From the NCBI GenBank assembly GCA_964016885.1, contig OZ024744.1, positions 9,858,001 through 9,922,000 of the forward strand: DNA of 64,000 nucleotides, given 5' to 3'. Below, piece by piece: positions 51,139 through 64,000 of this stretch. Position 1 is the stretch's first letter; each line of letters opens with the position of its first letter. Under the pieces are notes generated by a model. That model ran no database searches. It was given only the letters and a program-made list of their open reading frames with translations, and was not told the origin of the DNA. Origin of the DNA: Eledone cirrhosa. Lineage: Eukaryota. Position numbers and translations under genes: made by a program.

Positions 51139-51369
51139 AAATTTTGTAGCAAGTGAGAAAATCTCAAAAGGAGGAGGAAGAAATTACCACGTTATCCGCC
51201 GGTCAAGAAAGGGAACTGAATCCCTTGTAGCAGTGAAAAATATCTCAGAAGGTGGTAGGAGAAATTAATACATGATAGAGAGGTTACAGGCAGGTAGTAA
51301 GCTGGACTGAAAATGATTATAGTGTTTACTTAAGAAGCAGTTACTATACTTTCAGATTAACTCAACCAT

Positions 51370-51810
51370 AAGGGGGAGACCCAAGATGACCTGGGATGAG
51401 GTGATAAAAGCAGACCTTACCCAATTACACCTCTCAAAGGCAATAACACACGACCGTGACCTCTGGCGTCACGCAGTAATACAGAGTAGCCGACCTCCCA
51501 TGGGTACAAACTGAAGCATATAGACAATATGCCCCCACTCCCCCCACCGCAAGGTGGTCGTGGAAGAGCCACGGCAAAAAAGCACCCAGCCCACACTGTA
51601 AAGTGGACGTGTAGGCGCCATGGAAAAGCACCCAGCACTCACTGTAAATGAGGTTGGTGTTAGGAAGGGCATCCAGCTGTAGAAATCAAGCCAAATCAGT
51701 TCCTGTATGAGCAAGGCATGGTCAGCCGACCAGACACTGCCCACAACAGGACAACCCGTCTAACCCATGCTAGCGTGGAAGAACGGACGTAAAACGGTGA
51801 TGATGATGAT
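51370..51810 (+). mobile_element. RTE subfamily B 3' fragment
   Basis: GRPKMTWDEVIKAD, UTR and tail. Confidence 0.85.
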
Positions 51811-52098
51811 AAGGAGTTTGAGACAATATCATAATGAGAGGTACACATATATATGTGCATACATACGCGCGTATATATATATTTTCACAAGCATGTGAGT
51901 GTTGTGGTGTCGACCTTAACCAGTTTTGCTCTATGACTACAACAGACAAAATAATCGAAATATTTAAAGAGCATACATCAATTATTAAGTATATTGAAAT
52001 TCACCTAAACTATAGTTAAAATACTATGATAAAATTGCGTTTCAAAACACATCACTTAGAGCAGCCATTATTTTTGGAACAACGTAATATATAAAGTA

Positions 52099-53205
52099 CT
52101 AGCAGTGGTACCCGGTGTTGCATGGGATAAGGTATTTTGGAACACGGGCCGCCAACAGACCTAATCGTGGAAAAACTGCATGCCTGGACAATATGTAAAG
52201 TAAACCGAATACTCTGATGGCTGGATAATCTAAGATTATCCTTGATGAAGCAGGAAAAAGGGAGGTTTTCACCTAATGCGGGCCGTAGAGGATCAAGAAA
52301 ACGAATTTTTTTTATGTGCATAATATGCCTTAAAATTTCAGGCAAATCGGCTAGACATAACGCCTCAAAAAAGCCCTAAAAAGCTGAAAAAATGAAGTTT
52401 TTCACCTAAAGCGGGCCCTAGGCCATAAAAAAGTTGGATTTTCTTTGCTCACAATTTGAAGAAGAGACTGACTAATACCTAGTTACAATTTCAAGGAAAT
52501 CGGTCTGACGTAACACCTAAAAAAAGCCCTAAAAAGCTGGAAAAACACAGTTTTTCACCTAATGCGGGCCCTAGGGGATCAAAAAGTTTAATTTTTTTGT
52601 GCATAACACTCCCTGAAATATAAGTAATACACATGTAAAGTTTGAAAAAGATCGGTTAGGTACTTCTCGGGTTTCACACACATATACACACATACACACA
52701 TACATACATCCTTCTTCAGTTTTATATATATACATATATAGATTAAAATAACAGATTAAAGTTTAAGCAAAGAATCGTTGCTTTCACCCTTAACGGGATC
52801 TTCTGAAACTAAAAACATCAATCTGTGAATGCAGAAGTAAATATTTCGAAAAACATTGCAACCGAAGCAAAACAGGAAGACGATACTTTGGTTCGTGAAG
52901 ACGTTCCCTGGCAATGAACGGATAATAGCGAACATAAAACGTCATCAATGTTCCTCAGAATGTCATAGTGTAGACAGCCAGGCATACAGACAGATATTAT
53001 AAGAGCGCTACGGAGATGGATAACCGGGGACCCCTTTAACACCCCTTTAACAACAGTAAATTGAAAAATAAAAGCTGTAGTTAATATCTTTAGACCGCAA
53101 GGAATATATAAATGCAAGTTTGAAGTCAATTGGAGTAGAAATGTGGATTTGTATAGACTTTGTAAAAATGAGGACACACACAGACATCAGGTTTATATAT
53201 ATAGA
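52099..53205 (-). mobile_element. Non-autonomous Helitron (52099-52742) plus an adjacent second Helitron-like 5' piece
   Basis: Minus-strand 3' end CCCATGCAACACCGGGTACCACTGCTAG; TCTATATAT-type 5' ends at about 52742 and 53204. Confidence 0.72.
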
Positions 53206-53278
53206 TTTCCGGTTTAGATCTATTAGTAAAATTCATCTTATCAAATGTTGAGTATTACAATTAAAAAGAATTAATAAT

Positions 53279-53568
53279 GGAACTGATTCTGGCTTGATTT
53301 CTACAGCTGGATGCCCTTCCTAACACCAACCTCATTTACAGTGAGTGCTGGGTGCTTTTTTTCCGTGGCGCCTACACGTCCACTTTACAGTGTGGGCTGG
53401 GTGCTTTTTGGCCGTGGCACCTCCACGTCCACTTTGCAGTGGAATGATATGGACCCCAGTCCCTATCATCTCATTTCAACAGCTGAGTATACTGGAGCAA
53501 TGTGAAATAAAGTGTCTTGCTCAAGGAAACAACACATCACACGGTCTGAGAATTGTACTCACAACCCT
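53279..53568 (-). mobile_element. Truncated CORE-SINE
   Basis: CORE domain and two 49-bp units. Confidence 0.82.
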
Positions 53569-55021
53569 TCATATATATATATATATACATATATATATGG
53601 AAAAGAATGAAACGAAATTTCATTTCTCACTCTTAGTACGGTGGATACCTAAATATAAGTATGTATACGTACATATATGTATACAGACGCACAGTAGTAT
53701 GTACATATATACATACATGCACACATACATATATGTACGTATGGGTTTACCAAACATTTATTATAATGTTCGGTTTGTCTGTAAACAAACATGTATGTAC
53801 GTATACATACTTATATTTACATATATATATATATATACACGCATATACACATACATATATTGAAGTAGCCTGAATGTGTATTAAAAAACTAAGCTTGTCA
53901 TATTTACTTAGAATAAAATAGAGCAAAGATAGTTATAAAGAACATCATTATTTAAAGAAAAAGAAAAAAATATCGGAAAAAAAGACTTCTTTAGATTAAC
54001 ATGGAGCTGAGAGAATAATAGGATTTGTTAGGAAGAAAGCAATTGAGCTTTTTATATATTTTTACTATTGTCATACATATATGGTGGTGGTGTGCAGAGT
54101 GGTGGTGGTGGTGGTGGTTGTGGTGGTGATGGTGGTTGTGTGCAGGGTGGTAGTGGTGGTGGTGGTTGTGACATGAAAGTTAATTAAATTGTCCAGAAGA
54201 TAAAATATATATTATAGCAGGAAGAGTGGCTATTAAATTATGATGATCTACAGGGTGCGGACGATAATTGTTCGCCAGATTACTGTCTAGGAAAAAGTAA
54301 CACAACACAGTAGTTTTATTTTTTAAGATATATTTATCAAACTTGGGTCAGTTTGTCTTCATGACTTGTTCTTTCGATCTCACTTGATAAACCCGCCATT
54401 GGCTTTGATGACGGCCTCAAGGCGGCCTCGGAACCAGCTACAGGCCTTCGTCACTTTCTTCCGACTTAGGCCCCTAAGGGCACTTGTGATCCTGGCCTTC
54501 AGATTGTCTTTCATATTGCAGCTAGATCTGTTGGTGTCTCGTTCCACTGCGCCCCACACAAAGAAGTTGAGAGGGTTGCAGTCAGGCGAGCTGGGAGGCC
54601 AGATGTCAGGTGAAATGTGGTCAACGAAGTTCACTGACAGCCAGGCTTGGGTCTGTAGCGACTAGCGCCACCTTACCCGGGGAGAAAAAACTAATTGGAG
54701 TTACTTCCCGTTGACTTCTAGAAGATTCCTTGAATTTCCGGTCTAGGGATTATAAAGGAGGGAGAAAAGAGACATCTTAGCTTATTTGGCGACCGGCTCT
54801 CGGACAGTTCACTCACGAGTGAGTTTGTTAACCTTATTATATCTGCATCGAATTTAATTAGTGGTTGGCCTGTAGCGGCATTTACCAAAGTAAATAAACC
54901 TGTGACCAATTCACTAAAGTGGTGACCCCCGTTTGAACATATAATTTCTATCGACGTATGAACATATAATTTCTATCGACGTTTTGAAAAAGAAAATCAT
55001 CTCTCTCGACCAGATTTCATC

Positions 55022-55787
55022 ATGAGCAACACATCATTACCAGCGTATTCTGGCGATGCCAAATCGTGGTTCGCCCAGCTTGATGCGTATTTTGCGGTCA
55101 ACGGAGTACAGGAAAAACAGCAAAAATTAAACGTGCTAATCAGCGGAATTCCAGCTTCACTAGCGATTACAGTAAAAGACATAATCAAGAACCATCCCCA
55201 AGGCGTTTCCTATGAGTCTCTGAAGACAGCGGTACTGTGTAGGAACTGTAGGTCACCTGAGAGTAAATTTTGTTCCTTATTAGAGGATGAAAATCTGGAG
55301 GACAGAACTCCTACAGAGTTTTTACGGCGTATCTGTGAACTCAGTGATGCTGCACCCGAAGATAGTTCCTTCGTAAAAAAAGTTATTCTTCTCCCATTTA
55401 CCAACTAATGTGAAAACCATATTAGCGAATACGGTTGACACCAGTTCGATAGAACAAATTGCTGCCTCTGCAGACAGAATAATTGAATTTTCTAGAGAAC
55501 CTACCTCGGCTGATTCGGTCATTGCCTCTTCTGCTTTCAAAACCCAGCCTGCTTCACCTCGTGAGGACTCAATGTTGAGAGCCATTGACGCGCTAACTAT
55601 GCAAGTAGCTAAACTATGTAGGGATCGAACGCCATCTAGATGCCGTTCACACAGTCGGTCCTCTTCCTTTCACCGTCGCGCCAACCTCCCCGCCAACAAC
55701 TCGTCTTTGTGTTGGTATCACATGTGTTTTCGTGAAAAGGCGAAACATTGTATTCAGCCCTGCTCTTTCGAGACCTCGGAAAACTAA
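55022..55787 (+). pseudogene. gag: Gypsy gag (frameshifted)
   Basis: LPAYSGDAKSWFAQLDAYF, DRTPTEFLRR and CWYH...AKHCIQPC motifs. Confidence 0.85.
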
Positions 55788-55834
55788 AATTGGAGAGTCT
55801 GGATACGGCGGATCTCTCCCTCATTAATTCACCT

Positions 55835-56310
55835 TCATCATCATCACCGTTTTACGTCCGTTCTTCCACGCTAGCATGGGTTAGACAGGTTGTCCTGTTG
55901 TGGGCAGTGTCTGGTCGGCTGACCATGCCTTGCTCATACAGGAACTGATCTGGCTTGATTTCTACAGCTGGATGCCCTTCCTAACACCAACCTCATTTAC
56001 AGTGAGTGCTGGGTGCTTTTTCGTGGCGCCTACACGTCCACTTTACAGTGTGGGCTGGGTGCTTTTTTGCCGTGGCACCTCCACGACCACCTTGCGGTGG
56101 GGGGTGTGGGGGCATATTGTCTATATGCTTCAGCTTGTACCCATGGGAGGTCGGGTACTCTGTATTACTGTGTGACGCCAGTGGTCACGGTCGTGTGTCA
56201 TCGCCTTTGAGAGGTGTAATTGGGTAAGGTCGACTTTTATCACCTTATCCCAGGTCATCTTGGGTCTCCCCACTCCGCGGTTTCCATCGACTTCTAGTGC
56301 TCTGCACCTT
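55835..56310 (-). mobile_element. RTE subfamily B 3' fragment inserted between gag and protease
   Basis: Matches 16020-16490; flanked by CACCTT. Confidence 0.87.
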
Positions 56311-59300
56311 ATCGTGCTTTTTTCATTAGAGACCGAGTTTCAAACAAATCATTCATGGTCGACACAGGATCAAGTTGCAGTATTTGGCCCTTACGGTTCA
56401 ACTCTACCAAGCCAACTCTTCGCGTCATTTCTTTGTATGCAGTAAACCAGTCTCCTATAAAAACTTATGGACAAATATCTTTAACATTGGACCTAGCTTT
56501 AAGTCGACATTTCAAATGGATTTTTGTCATTGCCGACCTACCTCATCCTATTCTCGGTGTTGATTTCTTACAGTACTTTTCACTTTTGGTAGATGTCAGG
56601 AACCAGAAACTTGTGGATAATACCACGTCCTTATCTATGCCTACTCGTTAATCTACCACTACTGCTGTCAGTCCGTCATTTTTTGTGACTGCCGCTGGAA
56701 AACAGTTTCATGCACTCCTTACTTTGTTTCCCGAGTTAACGGATATTTCATTTAAACCTACCCAGGCAGTCCACTCGACTCAACACTTTGTTACAACAAC
56801 TGGTCCACCTGTTTTCTCTCATCCACGAAGGTTGGCTCCGGATAGACTAAAAAAAGCACGAAACGAGTTCAAGCATATGCTCCAGCTCGGTCTTATACGA
56901 CCGCCCACCAGCCCATGGGCATCTCTGCTTCACTTGGCTCGAAAGGGTGAAGCGGATTATAGGCCTGTAGGAGATTATCGACGACTTAATGCCATCACCA
57001 CGCTGGACCGTTATCCTCTACCAAATTTACAGGATTTCTCATCCGTTCTGCATGGATGCAAGATATTTTCCAAAATAGATCTAATACGTGCATACCACCA
57101 GATACTTATGAATCCAGAGGATATATCAAAAACAGCTGTGACCACCTCCTTTGGTTCATTTGAATTCCTGTCCATGCCTTTTGGTTTGCGGAATGCTTCT
57201 AGTATGTTCCAGCGTTTTATCGATGAAGTCACGCGTGGATTCGATTTCGTGTTTGCTTACGTTGATGATCTCCTGATAGCCAGTGATTCGGATGAACACT
57301 ATCATCAACATCTATCTCAGTTATTTCAACGTCTCCAATCGTACCAAGTCAGAATCAACCCAGCTAAATGTGTGTTTGGTACAGATTCACTGGAATTCCT
57401 TGGACATAGTATAGATTCAGAAGGCATACGACCTTTGCCATCTAAGGTAGAAGCGATTCAGCATATCGCACCATCCACCACCCTGAAACAATTACGTCAT
57501 TTCTTGGGATTAATTAACTTTTATCGTCGCTTCATTCCTAACTGTGCGGACAAGTTGTTCCCCTTGACACAGTTTTTAAAGGTTGCGAAAAAGAAAGCTG
57601 CTCCTATTTCACTTTCTGCCGATGCTTTGCAGTCTTTTGAATCTGTCAAGTCTGAGATAGCTGAAGTTTCCTTACTCGCTCAACCTGTTGCAAACGCGAG
57701 ACTTTCTTTATCTGTTGACGCATCCGATCGTGCTGTTGGAGCAGTCTTGCAACATGCGATCGACCACCAGGTTCAACCACTGGCGTTTTTCTCACGCCAA
57801 CTAAAACCAGCAGAGCAACATTACAGTACTTTTGACAGAGAGCTTTTAGCGATTTATCTTGCTGTGAGACACTTCCACCATCTTCTTGAAGGTCGGGAGT
57901 TCACGATATTCACAGACCATAAACCACTCACATTCGCTCTTCAAACAAAGTCCGACAGATACTCTCCAAGGACATACAGACATTTGGATTTCATCTCCCA
58001 GTACACCAGTGACATTCGTCATATAGCTGGAGCTGCCAACATACCCGTGGACACATTATATCAACTTTCTGTGTGTTCTCTTGCGTCTCCTGCACATATC
58101 GATTTAGTTGCCATTGCAACTGACCAACCTACTCTGGATTCGCTGGACATTTCCTCTGACCAGTTCTCCTGCTGCAAATTGGAATATTTACCTCTTCCAT
58201 CTTCTGAAGGAAAAATTCTCTGCGATATTTCTACTGGCTCACCTAAACCACTTGTTCCAGATTGCCGTCAATGTACCATTTTTGATGCACTTCATTCCTT
58301 GTCACATCCCGGCATAGCTGCCACGGTGAAGCTTATTACGGGTCGATTTTTCTGGCCTAATATGCGTTGTTTAATCACCGGTTGGGGACGTTCTTGTTTG
58401 AAGTGTCAGCGCTCTAAGATTTATCGGCATGTCTGCACTCCTCTTGGGAAATTCAGCCCGCCAGACACATGTTTCCGTCATATTCACATGGATATTGTTG
58501 GTCCGTGGCTCGTTAGTCGTGGGTTCACATACATATTGACTTGTATCGATCGTTTCTCTCGGTAGCCTGAAGCCATACCCCTCATGGACATAACAACAGA
58601 GTCCGTTGCCCAAGCTTTCATTTCCAATTGGATTGCTCGCTTTGCTGTTCCTACTAAAATAACTACGGATTGTGGATGCCAATTTGAAGCTTCCTTATTT
58701 CGTGGAAATATCACAACTCTTGGGTGCTCATCACATTCATATGACCAGCTATCATCCAGCCTCCAATGGAATGGTCGAGAGGTTTCATAGACAGTTGAAA
58801 GCTGCACTTCGCGCTACTCCTGATCCGCAACGTTGAACCAAATTTTTGCCAATCGTGCTTCTTGGTTGTTGTTCTGCCATTAAGACAGATTTAGGTTTTT
58901 CTTCTGCTGAACTTCTTTATGGTACCACATTGTCTCTTCCTGGACAAATGTTAGCACCAGTGGATTCATCACATCTTGACCCAGCATTATATGTCACCAG
59001 GATTTTTATTTCTCGGATCTTCCACCAATGAACCCTCGTGACCAGTCTATTTCTTCTGCTGTCCCATCGGACATCTCTATGTGGACACACATTTTCATAC
59101 AGAATGATTCCGTCAAGGGACCTCTTATGTCACCCTACAATGGACCTTTTAGTGTGCTTTCGCACACACCAAAACACTTTACAGTGGCTGTCAATGGTCG
59201 AAAAGAGGTAATATCCGTTGACAGAGAAAAGAAGGCTTTCTCTGAAAGTCTCACATCATTGCCTGACATACCTCGCACATACACTCCCACACAAACACCT

Positions 59301-59402
59301 TCACCTCCACCGCAAACACCACATACCACACAACCATATGTCACACGAAGTGGCAGGACAGTAATATGGCCACGGAAACTCTCAAAAACAATATTCGTCT
59401 AA
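56311..59402 (+). pseudogene. pol: Gypsy pol (protease, RT, RNase H, integrase) with stops and frameshifts
   Basis: VDTG, DYRRLN, YVDD, VDAS, FTDHKPL, H..SHPG...C..C, HMDIVGP and ITTD.G.QF motifs. Confidence 0.93.
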
Positions 59403-60412
59403 CCCCTAGTAGCATTAACTATTTGACTTTGAAAAATTTTGAACTTATTTTGAGCACTATTTTCCTTGCTCCCTTGTACTGTTTTGAATTGTATTGTTCC
59501 AGTTACATTTTTCTGCATGTTTATTTTCATACTTTGCTTCTGTTACAAACCATTGTAATTTATGTACCTTTTGTTTTGCTTGCTCCTTATTCTACGGCTC
59601 CTCGCTACAATGACCTTACGGTTATTATCAACTATCGTCTGTAGGGGAGCCTTGTAGCGACTAGCACCATCTTGCTCGAGGAGAAAAAACTAATTGGAGT
59701 TACTTCCCTAGGGATTATAAAGGAGGGAGAAAAGAGACATCTTAGCTTATTTGGTGACCGGCTCTCAGACAGTTCACTCACGAGCGAGTTTGTTAACCTT
59801 ATTATATCTGTATCGAATTTAATTAGTGGTTGGCCTGTAGTGGCGTTTACCAAAGTAAATAACCCTGTGACCAATTCACTAAAGGTCTTGCGGCTGGTAT
59901 GGCAGGGCGCTGAGTCTTGCTGCCACATGTACGACCTACCTGCAGCTACCTGGTCGATCCAGGGCTTTACTACCTCGCTCAGAACGCGGATGTAGCCATC
60001 GGTGTTCAGCTTGAGGCCCTCAGGGAAGAAGTGAGGTGGCATGACATCACCTTGACTGCTGACGACACCTAAGACCAATGTTGTCGCTAGAAACTTTGTC
60101 TGCATGACTCTGGGCACGTCTTTGGATGAGACAGCGAGCCACCTGCTGTTCTGGGAGTTGATCTTCTGGTCTTATTTGTCCTCCCGGCGCAGATTCCAAG
60201 AAGAACTCTGTGTCTCTTCCACAAATTTGGAGGTTCAAAATTATTCATAATCAATTATTCTGAAAATAAATAATGGAAATATAGTCACTGTTTTTATGAA
60301 GACAAGAGTGACAACGGAAGTAAAAAAAAATTGCATTAAATTAGCAGTTGAAAATTGCGAACAAATATCGTCGACATCCTGTTATAATTTATTAATTTTC
60401 TTTATTTTGTAG

Positions 60413-60512
60413 CCTGCTGATTATGTTTCACCGGTTCCACTTCTAAATAAAGACAAAAACAAGAATGAAAACTTCTTGTTCAAAGAAGAGGACTCAGCTA
60501 AACAGAATTCTG
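60413..60512 (+). CDS. Candidate internal exon of an unidentified host gene
   Basis: TTTTCTTTATTTTGTAG acceptor, G|GTAAGT donor, open frame PADYVSPVPLLNKDKNKNENFLFKEEDSAKQNS, in non-repetitive sequence. Confidence 0.45.
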
Positions 60513-60562
60513 GTAAGTAAAAATGAAAATAATATTTTAAAATATTGTTGAATTTTGGTTGT

Positions 60563-60958
60563 GAAGGCACATGGCTTAGTGTTTAGAGCATTGGCCTTTC
60601 AATCGAAAGGTTGTGAGTTCAATTCTCAGACCAGGTGATGTGTTGTCTCCTTGAGTAAGATACTTTATTTCACATTGCTCCAGTTTACTCAGTTTACTGC
60701 AAAGTAGTCGTGGAGGTGCCATGGCTAAAAAGCACCCAGCCCACACTTTAAAGTGGTCGTGGAGGTGCCACGGCAAAAAAACACTCACTGTAAATGAGTT
60801 TGGTGTTAGGAAGGGCATCCAGCTGTAGAAATCAAGCCAGAATCAGTTCCCGTATGAGCAAGGCAAGGTCAGCCGACCGGACACTGCCCATAACAGGACA
60901 ACCCGTCTAACCCATGCTAGCGTGGAAGAACGGACGTAAAACGGTGATGATGATGATG
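60563..60958 (+). mobile_element. CORE-SINE with a B-type tail
   Basis: A/B boxes, CORE domain, two body units and (GAT)n. Confidence 0.85.
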
Positions 60959-60988
60959 TTAAACAATAATTGAGTATTTACTTTTTTG

Positions 60989-63558
60989 TCATCATCATCA
61001 TCATCATCGCTTAACATCTATCTTCCTTGCTAGCATGGGTTTAGATGGGGATTGTCCCATTTGAGGCAAGATTGGTCGGGTGACCGTGTCTTGGTCGTAT
61101 AGGACTGTATCTGGCAGGTTTTCTACGGCTGGATGCCTTTCCTTACACCAACCACATTGACGGTGTGGACTGGGAGCCTTTTTATGGTGTCACCTACATC
61201 ACCAGTTTACAGTGTGTACTAGGTACTTTTTGTTGTGACACCTACATGACCACTTTACAGTGTGGACTGGGTACTTCTTGTCATGACACCTACATGACCA
61301 CTTTACAGTGTGTACTGGGTACTTTTTGTTGTGACACCTACATGACCACTTTACAGTGTGGACTGGGTACTTTTTGTTGTGACACCTACATGACCACTTT
61401 ACAGTGTGGACTGGGTACTTTTTGTTGTGACACCTACATGACCACTTTACAGTGTGGACTGGGTACTTCTTGTCATGACACCTACATGACTACTTTACAG
61501 TGTGTACTGGGTACTTTTTGTTGTGACACCTACATGACCACTTTACAGTGTGGACTGGGTACTTCTTGTCATGACACCTACATGACTACTTTACAGTGTG
61601 TACTGGGTACCTTTTGTTGTGACACCTACATGACCACTTTACAGTGTGGATTGGGTACTTCTTGTCATGACACCTACATGACTACTGTACAGTGTGTACT
61701 GGGTACTTTTTGTTGTGACACCTACATGACCACTTTACAGTGTGGACTGGGTACTTCTTGTCATGACACCTACATGACTACTTTACAGTGTGTACTGGGT
61801 ACTTTTTGTTGTGACACCTACATGACCACTTTACAGTGTGGACTGGGTACTTCTTGTCATGACACCTACATGACTACTTTACAGTGTGTACTGGGTACCT
61901 TTTGTTGTGACACCTACATGACCACTTTACAGTGTGGATTGGGTACTTCTTGTCATGACACCTACATGACTACTTTACAGTGTGTACTGGGTACTTTTTG
62001 TTGTGACACCTACATGACCACTTTACAGTGTGAACTGGGTACTTCTTGTCATGACACCTATATGACTACTTTACAGTGTGTACTGGGTACCTTTTGTTAT
62101 GACACCTACATGACCACTTTACAGTGTGGATTGGGTACTTCTTGTCATGACACCTACATGACTACTTTACAGTGTGTACTGGGTACCTTTTGTTATGACA
62201 CCTACATGACCACTTTACAGTGTGGATTGGGTACTTCTTGTCATGACACCTACATGACTACTTTACAGTGTGTACTGGGTACCTTTTGTTGTGACACCTA
62301 CATGACCACTTTACAGTGTGGATTGGGTACTTCTTGTCATGACACCTATATGACTACTTTACAGTGTGTACTGGGTACCTTTTGTTGTGACACCTACATG
62401 ACCACGTTACAGTGTGGACTGGGTACTTTTTGTCGTGACACCGACACAACCCCACTTTACAGTATGGACTAGGCGCATTTTGTTGTAACACCTACATGAC
62501 CAATTTACAGTGTGGGCTGGGTGTTTTTTTTTGTTTATGACACCTATACAACCACTACAGTGGGAGTTTCATGGGGGCATATTGTCTATATGCTTCAGCT
62601 TCGGCTTGTACCGGTTGAAACTGGGGTCTTTTGTATTACTGCGTGACGCCAGAGGTCCTGTGACATTGCCTATGAGAGGTGCAATTGGGCAACCTCATCC
62701 CGGTTCTTCTTGGGTTTCCCCACTCCAAGGCTTCTGCTCTGCACCTTTTTATGCAGCTGTCATCCTTCATACGCATCACATGTCCATATCAACGCAACCT
62801 CCTCTCTTGCACACATTTAATTCCTCTTATGCTCAGTCTCTCTCTTAATTCATTTATACTTTGCTGTTCGCGTATATTACTATTACACATCCATCGGAGC
62901 TTAAAGGCTTCATTTCGTTCTAATCTACGCAAGTCTTCTACAGACAGCGCCCAGCTCTCACCACCATGTAACACTGCTGTTTGTATACACGCATCATACA
63001 ATCTGCCTTTCATTTTGAGGGAGAAGCCTTTTGTAGCCAGTAGTGGCAGTAGCTCCCTGAACTTCTTCTATCCCGTTCTTACCCTAGTTACTGTACTTTC
63101 AGAACATCCACCTCTGCTGCTAATTCTGTCTCCTAGATAGCAGAAGCTGTCTACTGTTTCTACAGAGTCCTCTCAGAATTTGGTAGTGCTTTTTTCCTGT
63201 GGTCATTTGTTGCTTACAACTGCTACATGTGAAGCCTACATTCTTAACTAAGCTTCCTGAGATCGCATTACATTTCATGTATACCTACAGTTTGTACTTT
63301 GGGCAGAGGATAGAATTTCTACCCACACCTTTCTACACCTACCTGCGCTGTTAATACAGTGACCCTGGTAGCAGAAGCTGTCTACTGTTTCTACAGAGCC
63401 CTCCTACAGTTTGTTATTGCTGGTTCCCTGTGGTAGTTTGTTGCTTATTGTCCCGATGTAAAGCCTATATTCTTAGCTAAACTTCCTGAGATCCCACTAT
63501 ATCTCTTGTGCACCCATAGTTTGCATTTGGAGCAAAGGATGGAATTTCTACCCACACC
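60989..63558 (-). mobile_element. Degenerate RTE (B-like) 3' part whose UTR contains the 48-bp array
   Basis: MKGRLYDAC...ERLSIRGIKC remnant; tail at about 60989-61008. Confidence 0.8.
61190..62520. repeat. 48-bp minisatellite (about 28 units) with alternating variants (96-bp dimer)
   Basis: TGTGTACTGGGTACTTTTTGTTGTGACACCTACATGACCACTTTACAG alternates with TGTGGACTGGGTACTTCTTGTCATGACACCTACATGACTACTTTACAG. Confidence 0.95.
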
Positions 63559-64000
63559 TGAGCATCAGAGGAATCAAATGCTGTGTGCAGGAGAGGCGGT
63601 TGTGTTGGTATGGACATGCGATGCGTATGAAGGATGACAGCTGCATAAAAATATGCAGAGCACTAGAAGTTGATGGAAGCCTCTGAGTGGGGAGACGCAA
63701 GAAGACCTGGGATGAGGTGATAAAAGCCGACCTTACCCAATTGCACCCCTCAAAGGCGATGACACAGGACTTCTGGCTTCACGCAGTAATACAGAAGACC
63801 CGAGCCTCCACAGGTACAAGCCGGAGCTGAAGCATATAGATAATAATCCCCCATCCCCTCTCACTACAAAGTGGTCGTGGAGGTGTCACAACAAAAAGTA
63901 CTCAGTACACCCTATTAAAGTGGTCACGTGGGTGTCACAACAAAAAAGCAGCCAGTCCACACTGTAAAGTGGACGTGTAGGCACCACAGTAAAAAAGCAC
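63559..64000 (+). mobile_element. RTE subfamily B 3' fragment, inverted relative to the preceding copy; runs off the window
   Basis: SIRGIKCCVQERRLCWYGH...TWDEVIKAD. Confidence 0.85.

Larger units (their letters stand above)
54654..59883 (+). mobile_element. Full-length defective Gypsy/Ty3 LTR retrotransposon
   Basis: LTRs 54654-54918 and 59653-59883; TSD GGTC; PBS TGGTGACCCC at 54920; purine tract AGGGGAG before the 3' LTR; gene order gag-PR-RT-RH-IN. Confidence 0.95.
54251..60381 (-). mobile_element. Tc1/mariner DD37D (maT-type) deletion derivative (about 0.9 kb) split by a Gypsy insertion
   Basis: TA|CAGGGTGCGGACGATAATTGTTCGC and an imperfect inverted copy at 60357-60381. Rejoined frame QQDSAPCHTSRKTQAWL...WPPSSPDCNPLN has a 37-residue spacing. 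Confidence 0.88.

Noticed and set aside
50443-51252. Plus-strand exons flanking the 40-bp array
   Set aside because: Short open frames with weak donors; the second contains an internal repeat; no recognisable homology.
61165-62472. 435-aa Cys-rich repeat protein
   Set aside because: The frame is open only because the 48-bp unit lacks stops; it has a non-ATG start and is antisense to an RTE UTR.

Overview
AT-rich eukaryotic DNA made almost entirely of transposons. The (TA)n/(CAT)n microsatellites, RTE LINEs and CORE- and Meta-type tRNA SINEs resemble a cephalopod/octopus genome (inference). No complete host gene is visible; the best candidate is one 100-bp exon at about 60.4 kb. Contents: about 20 RTE-clade LINE pieces in at least 3 subfamilies, one with an uninterrupted ~2.67-kb frame and a PHD-like finger inside the RT region; two Penelope-like (RT + GIY-YIG) families plus further remnants; a Gypsy LTR element nested in a DD37D Tc1/mariner; piggyBac, hAT and Helitron derivatives; and SINE/LINE-derived 48-, 49- and 103-bp minisatellites. 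The most notable signal not captured by the ORF track is a set of minimal type I hammerhead ribozyme motifs: six in Penelope-type terminal repeats (helix II covaries between families) plus a 123-bp fold-back palindrome built on the 3' half of a seventh. Most short ORFs in the track are microsatellite or antisense artefacts. All calls come from reading the sequence by eye; no searches were run, and boundaries of degenerate elements are approximate.
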